A DNA stretch of 64,000 nucleotides from Thermoproteota archaeon (GTDB lineage Archaea; Korarchaeota; Korarchaeia; Korarchaeales; JAOZGB01), in NCBI GenBank assembly GCA_037917685.1, contig JAVCBU010000006.1:364699-428698 (forward strand), given 5' to 3'. Made by a program: the position numbers and the translations under genes. The notes under the pieces are model-generated. The model was not told the origin of the DNA and ran no database searches. It worked only from the letters and a program-made list of their open reading frames with translations. Shown piece by piece: positions 56,834 to 64,000 of this stretch; positions within the stretch are counted from its first letter, which is position 1; the number at the start of each line of letters is the position of its first letter.

Positions 56834-57241
56834 AATCCCTAGGGTATAAGGGCTCCGGGTAAATATAACTTTAATTTACAACGACTTCACCGCACACTCA
56901 GAGCATTAGTCAGATTCATGGAAATCGAAAGTGCCGCATCCAAGCCTTATTATTCCTGCAGCTTTAACCTTTAGGCTTTACCATCCACCTGCCGAAATAT
57001 CATCTGTTTAACAGCCTTTCTACTTCTCAACAGCTTCAAAGGCCACTCTATGAAATCCAGGGAGAGCTTCCCGCCTCGTGGAAGCTACGCAGTCGCATGC
57101 ATCCAGCTGAGAATATTAATAGCTAAACCTAATCGCATTTCTTACTAGCCTGTAAGGCATCTGTTCCAGCCTCTCCTAGTTAATAGTAGGCCTAAACATA
57201 AGAGGATAACCCCTACAGCTACTGTTTTTGGGGCTGGATAG

Positions 57242-57661
57242 CTATGTTAGGCTTATCTCAGCTACTCCCTCATATCCTTTTCTAAGAAGGTTTACCATCC
57301 TCCTCGATACGTCTATTGCAGCCTTATTGGCTCTTACCGCAAGAGTTCTCGGGCAGGTATACATACTTTTCCTAACTACTATATCCCTATCATCGGTATA
57401 TGTAAGCCCTGGGCTCCCGTAACCTATAATCTCCTCCTCTAAGTCTCCAACTATAATCTTAACCCTGACAACTCTATCTGCGAATCTGACAAGCCTCTTA
57501 AACTCATCAGGGAAGTCGGATAAAGCCTTATCGCAGCCGACCAGTAGTACGCAGTCAGCTCTTAAAGTAATGTTTTCATCCCTTGTAAACATTAGGGTTG
57601 TCCTGTGCGTTGCCTTAATATTCGGATGGCCAACACCCTTAACTACCACCTTTAAGCCCAT
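57242..57661 (-). CDS. DUF371-family protein
   Basis: [33 protein letters not shown]. Confidence 0.92.
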   Translation of the reverse strand: MGLKVVVKGVGHPNIKATHRTTLMFTRDENITLRADCVLLVGCDKALSDFPDEFKRLVRFADRVVRVKIIVGDLEEEIIGYGSPGLTYTDDRDIVVRKSMYTCPRTLAVRANKAAIDVSRRMVNLLRKGYEGVAEISLT

Positions 57662-58523
57662 AATAATCCCTAAGTAGTCTCGGAACTTGAGATGGAGTTT
57701 CGGCTACTGGGACGCCTGCTTCCATGAATGCTTCGATCTTTGACTTAGCTGTTCCTATCCCCATAGATATTATTGCCCCTGCATGCCCCATTCTTTTACC
57801 TGGCGGGGCTGTCTTCCCAGCTATATAGGCAACAACAGGCTTATGCGTACCTCTGGAAAGGTATTCTGCAAGCCTCTCCTCCGCGTCTCCTCCTATCTCC
57901 CCTATAACTACAACTGCTTCTGTACCATCGTCCTCTTCGAACATTCTGACAACATCTATGAAGTCTAAGCCGGTAATGGGGTCCCCTCCGATACCTATGC
58001 AGGTTGACTGCCCATAGCCGGCCTTAGACATGGCCATTGCTATCTCGTAGGTTAAAGTTCCACTCCTAGAAACTATTCCGATCCTTCCAGGTTTAAACAC
58101 TGTTTCAGGCATGATTCCAAGCTTACACTCCCCCGGCGATATCACGCCGGGAGTGTTCGGGCCGACTATAACGGTTCCCCTCAGCCTCCCATACCCTATG
58201 AACCTCATGGATTCATGCACCGGTATATGCTCTGTTATAACAACGAGAAGTTTTATCCCGGATTCTATAGCCTCAAAGGCAGCATCAGCCATGAATCTAG
58301 CCGGGACGAAGGCTATCGAAGCATTTATCTCAGGATGTTCCTCCAAGGCATCCATGACACTGTCATATACGGGTACTCCATGCACAGTTGAACCAGCCTT
58401 ACCCGGGGTAACCCCTGCAAGTATCCTTGTTCCATAGCTAAGCATCCTCCGGGTGTGAAAGCTTCCTTCCCTGCCTGTAATCCCCTGAACTAGGGCCCTA
58501 ATATTCCTATCCGCAAGTATCAT
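57639..58523 (-). CDS. sucD: Succinyl-CoA synthetase alpha subunit
   Basis: [42 protein letters not shown]. Confidence 0.96.
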   Translation of the reverse strand: MILADRNIRALVQGITGREGSFHTRRMLSYGTRILAGVTPGKAGSTVHGVPVYDSVMDALEEHPEINASIAFVPARFMADAAFEAIESGIKLLVVITEHIPVHESMRFIGYGRLRGTVIVGPNTPGVISPGECKLGIMPETVFKPGRIGIVSRSGTLTYEIAMAMSKAGYGQSTCIGIGGDPITGLDFIDVVRMFEEDDGTEAVVVIGEIGGDAEERLAEYLSRGTHKPVVAYIAGKTAPPGKRMGHAGAIISMGIGTAKSKIEAFMEAGVPVAETPSQVPRLLRDYYGLKGGS

Positions 58524-58529
58524 AGGCCT

Positions 58530-59636
58530 CTACCTCCGGGCGAGTCTAACAGCCTCATGGGCTGCACGGCTCATCTCCCTGTAAGCGGATAGCCCTGCCC
58601 TCCTAAGTATTTCAAGTCCCTCCTCCTCGTTCGTCCCGGCAAGCCTTACAACCATGGGTTTCCCCCCTAGAGAGTCTAGGGCTGAGACTATTCCCCTCGC
58701 CACCTCGTCGCACCTCGTGATCCCCCCGAGAATATTCATGAATACAGCCTTAACCCCCGGCCTTGAGGCTGCAAGCCTAAGCGCTTCACTAACGGTTTCA
58801 GCCTTCGCCCCTCCACCTATGTCGAGGAAGCACGCCGGCCTCCCGCCGTGGTGGGCTACTAGGTCCATGGTTGCCATGGTAAGTCCAGCACCGTTCCCTA
58901 TAACAGCTATATCTCCCTCTAACTCAACATAGCTGAACCCCTCCCTCTTAATCCTACCCGAGAACTCGGGATGCCTGTAGAGAGCGTTGTCATCGACTAT
59001 CATTCTTGAATCCAGGGCTACAAGCCCATTGTCTGTTAAGGCGAGGGGGTTCGACTCCACAAGCATGCAGTCATACTCGACGAATATCCTATACATCCTT
59101 GAAGCTATGTCCGCAAGTATCTTCCGGTTCTCCCCGTCTAAAGCTGACACCGTCGAGAGGCGCCTAAGGTGGTACGGCTGTATTCCCACCAAAGGGTTAA
59201 TCCTAACCTTCAGGATCTTTTCAGGCATTTTCCTAGCCAACTCCTCCACGTCTACACCCCCAACAGGCGAGTAGAGGATTGTAGCGCATCTCTCAGCCCT
59301 ATCGACAACCACCGCAAGGTATAGCTCTCTCTCAACCCTAAGCTTCTCCTCAACCAGCACTTTATCAACCCGCAAACCCTTAATAGCACTGCCTAAAAGC
59401 CTAGAGCTTAACATGTAAACATCTTCAGCCGTATCTGCAAAAAGGATGCCTCCAGCCTTACCCCTGCCTGCCACTAGGACCTGAGACTTCAAGGCGACGG
59501 GAAGCCCTATTTCCAAGGCCGCCGCCTTAGCCTCACCCGGGCTACCGACAACCCTGCCCTCAGGCACCCTGATACCATACCGTCTGAATATTTCCTTAGC
59601 CTCATACTCGTAGAGCTTCATCAAGCATCTTAACAT
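58530..59636 (-). CDS. sucC: Succinyl-CoA synthetase beta subunit
   Basis: LYEYEAK, GRGKAGG, GNGAGLTMATMD, FLDIGGGA, GGITRCD, RLAGTN; start probably 59621. Confidence 0.95.
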   Translation of the reverse strand: MLRCLMKLYEYEAKEIFRRYGIRVPEGRVVGSPGEAKAAALEIGLPVALKSQVLVAGRGKAGGILFADTAEDVYMLSSRLLGSAIKGLRVDKVLVEEKLRVERELYLAVVVDRAERCATILYSPVGGVDVEELARKMPEKILKVRINPLVGIQPYHLRRLSTVSALDGENRKILADIASRMYRIFVEYDCMLVESNPLALTDNGLVALDSRMIVDDNALYRHPEFSGRIKREGFSYVELEGDIAVIGNGAGLTMATMDLVAHHGGRPACFLDIGGGAKAETVSEALRLAASRPGVKAVFMNILGGITRCDEVARGIVSALDSLGGKPMVVRLAGTNEEEGLEILRRAGLSAYREMSRAAHEAVRLARR

Positions 59637-59822
59637 GGGAGCCCACAGAACTTTAAAGATTTACACCCATTGCCCAAAGCTTAGCCATGCAAAGCTTTCA
59701 AAGCCACTCTTAACCGCTTCCTGTCCCACAGACTTCAAGCATGCCTAATTCCCCTGAAACCCGTATAAAAACTCCAAGGCAGACTGGCATAATCAATCTG
59801 CTTAGAATCTTTACTTCCACTG

Positions 59823-59852
59823 TTTTATAAACTATTAGAAGTATAACTTCTA
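59823..59852 (+). promoter_or_regulatory. TATA box plus palindromic operator upstream of the AAA+ gene
   Basis: TTTTATAAA 59823-59831 followed by TAGAAGT-ATA-ACTTCTA 59836-59852 abutting the ATG. Confidence 0.55.
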
Positions 59853-61120
59853 TGATGGAAAGCCTCTTGGGGAAGAACAATCCATGGTGGTACGGCCGGG
59901 AAGACCCAAAGCTCGCTGAGTGGGAAAGAATGAAGATTAGATGGGTGCCTGAATGGGTTGAAAGGCTGAGTTTTAAGCCTTTCTCACTGAACATCGTCGT
60001 CGGCCCTAGGCAGGTGGGGAAAACCACGGGCATAAAGCTAGCAATAAGAAACCTCCTCAGGAGCAGGGACCCATACAGTATTTTCTACTTTAACTGTGAC
60101 TTTACAGCGGGCTATGAGCATCTACGGAAAACAGTAGACCATTATCTAGAGCTTGCATCCACGATGGGGATAAAAGAAGCCTTAATCTTCCTCGACGAGG
60201 TTACGAGCGTCCATGGTTGGTGGAGGGTGGTCAAAGGATACATAGATATAGGAGTCTTCAAGAACCATGTGATAACGGTAACAGGATCCTCCTCCCTAAG
60301 ACTAAAGGGGGAGATAGAACTGTTCCCTGGGAGAAGGGGAGAGGGAGTAGAGGTAGAAGCACTACCACTAACCTTCAGGGAATACTGCACAGTTAAAGGA
60401 CTCAAAATAGACCCGGAGAAAAACAATGGGAAAATAATGGCTCAACTCTCCATTCACAGAGAAGAACTGCTGCAAATCTTTAAAGAATACGTAATGCAGG
60501 GAGGCTTTCCACTCTCAGTAAACAAAGACCCGAGGGCGTCAGAATACTTTCTCGCAAGCCTAGAAGGAGAAGTACTAAGAGCAGGAAAGAGCTGGGAGCT
60601 AACACAGGGAATAATATCATCAATATTTAGAAAAGCCCCGTCACCAGTATCCTACTCGGCAATAGCAGCCGATGTAGGAGTCTCCTACAAAACAGTCCAG
60701 GAATACATTGAAATGCTCCAGAGACTGTACATAGTTGGAGTAGCCCTCCACAGGGATGGTAGGAGGATAATGTGGAGGAAGGAGAAGAAGATATTCATAC
60801 AGGATCCATTCATAGCCTGGACCCTCTCCGAGTGGACAGGGGAGAAATTCCTTGAAAGCGCCCTATACGAGTGGATAGTGCAGGCCCACCTAAAGAGAAA
60901 GATAGGGGAAATATGCTACTACAGAGGGAAATACGAAATAGACTGCATAGCAGCAGACATGAAAATAGAGGTGAAAGCAGGCAAACCCCACAGGAAATAC
61001 CCTCCAAACGTGAGAATACTAGAGTATGAAGACATACCCATATTTCTATACGCCCTAAACCATAAATCAGAAACTCCAACACGAATAGGAAACTCTCATA
61101 GGCTTAACAGAGAAACTTAA
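59852..61120 (+). CDS. AAA+ ATPase, COG1373 type (AAA_14 + wHTH/DUF4143 + PD-(D/E)xK-like tail)
   Basis: NPWW, GPRQVGKTT, IFLDEV, TGSS, GGFP, KKIFIQDP, EIDC..IEVK. Confidence 0.9.
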   Translation: MMESLLGKNNPWWYGREDPKLAEWERMKIRWVPEWVERLSFKPFSLNIVVGPRQVGKTTGIKLAIRNLLRSRDPYSIFYFNCDFTAGYEHLRKTVDHYLELASTMGIKEALIFLDEVTSVHGWWRVVKGYIDIGVFKNHVITVTGSSSLRLKGEIELFPGRRGEGVEVEALPLTFREYCTVKGLKIDPEKNNGKIMAQLSIHREELLQIFKEYVMQGGFPLSVNKDPRASEYFLASLEGEVLRAGKSWELTQGIISSIFRKAPSPVSYSAIAADVGVSYKTVQEYIEMLQRLYIVGVALHRDGRRIMWRKEKKIFIQDPFIAWTLSEWTGEKFLESALYEWIVQAHLKRKIGEICYYRGKYEIDCIAADMKIEVKAGKPHRKYPPNVRILEYEDIPIFLYALNHKSETPTRIGNSHRLNRET

Positions 61121-61330
61121 ACCATAGAACAGCTAAGGCTCTTCCAGCACGGTAGCTTAGAGGATCCACATTCACCCAGCGATATACTACTGCAAATACC
61201 TACCCTGAAACATACTAACTATTAAACAAACATATAATATATACCCTTCTTTTAGTGAATCAAAAGCTCCGTACTAAAGTGTCCTGTTGGTAATCCTTAA
61301 TAGTAGCCTACCCTCATTCAACATAGTGTC

Positions 61331-61753
61331 ATGTTAGACCTAGACTATGTGAAGAGGAGGCTCAACGAGATAAGAGAAGCGTTAACCTACATGAAAACAC
61401 TGATAGACTATGGCATTGAAGAGTTCAATAGAGATTTTAGATCGCGTCTAGCAATGAGGCACTGCATAATAACTATAGTAGAGGCAGCAGCCTCCATAGC
61501 AATCCACATATTAAGGGGTGAGTTTAATGAGGAGCCTGAGAGCTACTCCGAAGCGTTCATTAGGCTATCTCAGCACGGGGTGATCAATACGGAAACAGCC
61601 GTGAAGATGGTGTCGCTAGCAAGGCTCAGAAACCTAATAGTGCACAGATACTGGCTTATAGACGACATAAGAATATTCAGGGAGGCGGAAGAGTCCGGAA
61701 TCGACAATATAAAGAAATATGTAGAGGAGGTGGAAGGGCACTTTGAAGATTAA
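61331..61753 (+). CDS. HEPN/HepT-like (DUF86) RNase toxin, copy 1
   Basis: PESYSEAF, RLRNLIVHRY (R-x4-H-x-Y). Confidence 0.92.
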   Translation: MLDLDYVKRRLNEIREALTYMKTLIDYGIEEFNRDFRSRLAMRHCIITIVEAAASIAIHILRGEFNEEPESYSEAFIRLSQHGVINTETAVKMVSLARLRNLIVHRYWLIDDIRIFREAEESGIDNIKKYVEEVEGHFED

Positions 61754-62243
61754 ATACTATAAACTAAGCTGTCAGGAAAAAAGAGAAATAGTTAGGAAAA
61801 TAAGAAACCTGTTGAAAAGCGAGGAAAAAGTAATGGTAGCAATACTCCACGGGAGCTTCATCAAGCCCATGTCATTCAGAGACATAGACATAGCAATCTA
61901 TACCGGAGGGACAGCTACAAACCCCTCAAAACTTGAAACAGAACTATCGATGAAACTCGTAAAAGCGGTCTCAGCACCTATAGATATAAGAGTAATAGAT
62001 GAAGCACCACCATGGTTCAAGCTTAAAACCGTGAGAGAGGGGCAGATTATATACGCAAAAAAACCAGGAGCCATCACTAACCTTCTGAAAGAGTCGATAG
62101 GCGAAAATCAGGATCTAAAAATCAAACTTCAAACATCCCCCAGGACATGCCCAGGGGGAGATAGAACTGTTCCCTGGGAGAAGGGGAGAGGGAGTAGAGG
62201 TAGAAGCACTACCACTAACCTTCAGGGAATACTGCACAGTTAA
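61743..62243 (+). CDS. Minimal nucleotidyltransferase (MntA-like) antitoxin, copy 1; C-terminus runs across the duplication junction
   Basis: ILHGSF..FRDIDIAI, IDIRVIDEAP; last ~30 aa are out-of-frame AAA+ sequence. Confidence 0.88.
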   Translation: MKIKYYKLSCQEKREIVRKIRNLLKSEEKVMVAILHGSFIKPMSFRDIDIAIYTGGTATNPSKLETELSMKLVKAVSAPIDIRVIDEAPPWFKLKTVREGQIIYAKKPGAITNLLKESIGENQDLKIKLQTSPRTCPGGDRTVPWEKGRGSRGRSTTTNLQGILHS

Positions 62244-62967
62244 AGGACTCAAAATAGACCCGGAGAAAAACAATGGGAAAATAATGGCTCAACTCTCCAT
62301 TCACAGAGAAGAACTGCTGCAAATCTTTAAAGAATACGTAATGCAGGGAGGCTTTCCACTCTCAGTAAACAAAGACCCGAGGGCGTCAGAATACTTTCTC
62401 GCAAGCCTAGAAGGAGAAGTACTAAGAGCAGGAAAGAGCTGGGAGCTAACACAGGGAATAATATCATCAATATTTAGAAAAGCCCCGTCACCAGTATCCT
62501 ACTCGGCAATAGCAGCCGATGTAGGAGTCTCCTACAAAACAGTCCAGGAATACATTGAAATGCTCCAGAGACTGTACATAGTTGGAGTAGCCCTCCACAG
62601 GGATGGTAGGAGGATAATGTGGAGGAAGGAGAAGAAGATATTCATACAGGATCCATTCATAGCCTGGACCCTCTCCGAGTGGACAGGGGAGAAATTCCTT
62701 GAAAGCGCCCTATACGAGTGGATAGTGCAGGCCCACCTAAAGAGAAAGATAGGGGAAATATGCTACTACAGAGGGAAATACGAAATAGACTGCATAGCAG
62801 CAGACATGAAAATAGAGGTGAAAGCAGGCAAACCCCACAGGAAATACCCTCCAAACGTGAGAATACTAGAGTATGAAGACATACCCATATTTCTATACGC
62901 CCTAAACCATAAATCAGAAACTCCAACACGAATAGGAAACTCTCATAGGCTTAACAGAGAAACTTAA
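62153..62967 (+). pseudogene. 5'-truncated duplicate of the AAA+ gene (lacks Walker A and B)
   Basis: Matches 60306-61120; ORF 62284-62967 equals the C-terminal 227 aa of the full gene. Confidence 0.85.
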
Positions 62968-63177
62968 ACCATAGAACAGCTAAGGCTCTTCCAGCACGGT
63001 AGCTTAGAGGATCCACATTCACCCAGCGATATACTACTGCAAATACCTACCCTGAAACATACTAACTATTAAACAAACATATAATATATACCCTTCTTTT
63101 AGTGAATCAAAAGCTCCGTACTAAAGTGTCCTGTTGGTAATCCTTAATAGTAGCCTACCCTCATTCAACATAGTGTC

Positions 63178-63600
63178 ATGTTAGACCTAGACTATGTGAA
63201 GAGGAGGCTCAACGAGATAAGAGAAGCGTTAACCTACATGAAAACACTGATAGACTATGGCATTGAAGAGTTCAATAGAGATTTTAGATCGCGTCTAGCA
63301 ATGAGGCACTGCATAATAACTATAGTAGAGGCAGCAGCCTCCATAGCAATCCACATATTAAGGGGTGAGTTTAATGAGGAGCCTGAGAGCTACTCCGAAG
63401 CGTTCATTAGGCTATCTCAGCACGGGGTGATCAATACGGAAACAGCCGTGAAGATGGTGTCGCTAGCAAGGCTCAGAAACCTAATAGTGCACAGATACTG
63501 GCTTATAGACGACATAAGAATATTCAGGGAGGCGGAAGAGTCCGGAATCGACAATATAAAGAAATATGTAGAGGAGGTGGAAGGGCACTTTGAAGATTAA
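63178..63600 (+). CDS. HEPN/HepT-like toxin, copy 2
   Basis: Translation identical to 61331-61753. Confidence 0.88.
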   Translation: MLDLDYVKRRLNEIREALTYMKTLIDYGIEEFNRDFRSRLAMRHCIITIVEAAASIAIHILRGEFNEEPESYSEAFIRLSQHGVINTETAVKMVSLARLRNLIVHRYWLIDDIRIFREAEESGIDNIKKYVEEVEGHFED

Positions 63601-64000
63601 ATACTATAAACTAAGCTGTCAGGAAAAAAGAGAAATAGTTAGGAAAATAAGAAACCTGTTGAAAAGCGAGGAAAAAGTAATGGTAGCAATACTCCACGGG
63701 AGCTTCATCAAGCCCATGTCATTCAGAGACATAGACATAGCAATCTATACCGGAGGGACAGCTACAAACCCCTCAAAACTTGAAACAGAACTATCGATGA
63801 AACTCGTAAAAGCGGTCTCAGCACCTATAGATATAAGAGTAATAGATGAAGCACCACCATGGTTCAAGCTTAAAACCGTGAGAGAGGGGCAGATTATATA
63901 CGCAAAAAAACCAGGAGCCATCACTAACCTTCTGAAAGAGTCGATAGGCGAAAATCAGGATCTAAAAATCAAACTTCAAACATCCCCCAGGACATGCCCA
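63590..64000 (+). CDS. MNT antitoxin, copy 2 (runs off window end)
   Basis: TTG AAG ATT at 63590; matches 61743-62153. Confidence 0.85.
   Translation, partial: MKIKYYKLSCQEKREIVRKIRNLLKSEEKVMVAILHGSFIKPMSFRDIDIAIYTGGTATNPSKLETELSMKLVKAVSAPIDIRVIDEAPPWFKLKTVREGQIIYAKKPGAITNLLKESIGENQDLKIKLQTSPRTCP

Larger units (their letters stand above)
60306..63999 (+). repeat. Tandem direct repeat of two 1,847-bp units (60306-62152 and 62153-63999)
   Basis: Constant 1,847 offset (61331/63178; 60437/62284; 61743/63590), identical translations, no mismatch seen in spot checks. Confidence 0.95.

Noticed and set aside
59040-59065. GGTTCGACTCC resembling a tRNA T-arm (similar at about 10590)
   Set aside because: Inside coding sequence with no cloverleaf; no tRNA found in the window
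59640-64000. Integrated mobile element or provirus at the right end
   Set aside because: No integrase, transposase, att/tRNA site or terminal inverted repeats within the window; cannot exclude one beyond the edge

Overview
A gene-dense 64-kb segment of an archaeal chromosome. Archaeal markers include TBP, Rpo12/RpoP, class I LysRS, Taw1, Nep1, PAC2 and geranylgeranyl reductase, plus TATA-like promoters and C/D-box sRNAs. The gene set suggests a thermophilic, peptide-using TACK-superphylum organism (inference). Most of the window is housekeeping or metabolic: Mo/W-cofactor synthesis (two moeA, moaC, moaD, moaE), DtxR/FeoA, three ABC systems, dcd/thyX, glmS/glmU, an SMS-type SufCB pair, glyA, a complete dpp/opp locus and sucCD. 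I found no rRNA, tRNA, CRISPR array, transposase or integrase. Elements absent from the ORF track are rpoP (48 aa), two C/D-box guide RNAs, the edge-truncated moeA2 and second MNT genes, and several operator-like palindromes. Most interesting: (1) a Roadblock + V4R pair translationally coupled to glyA-nep1 with no GTPase nearby; (2) a very sharp, origin-polarity strand-composition inversion near 48.2 kb, inside a run of same-strand genes; (3) an M1 aminopeptidase fused to an FtsX-like membrane domain; (4) a presenilin-like protein with GxGE instead of catalytic GxGD; (5) an apparently identical 1,847-bp tandem duplication of a HEPN-MNT toxin-antitoxin locus with a palindromic junction; (6) an uncharacterised three-gene wHTH cassette and a putative phosphodiester-scavenging ABC module. 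All calls come from reading motifs by eye; no database searches were run.
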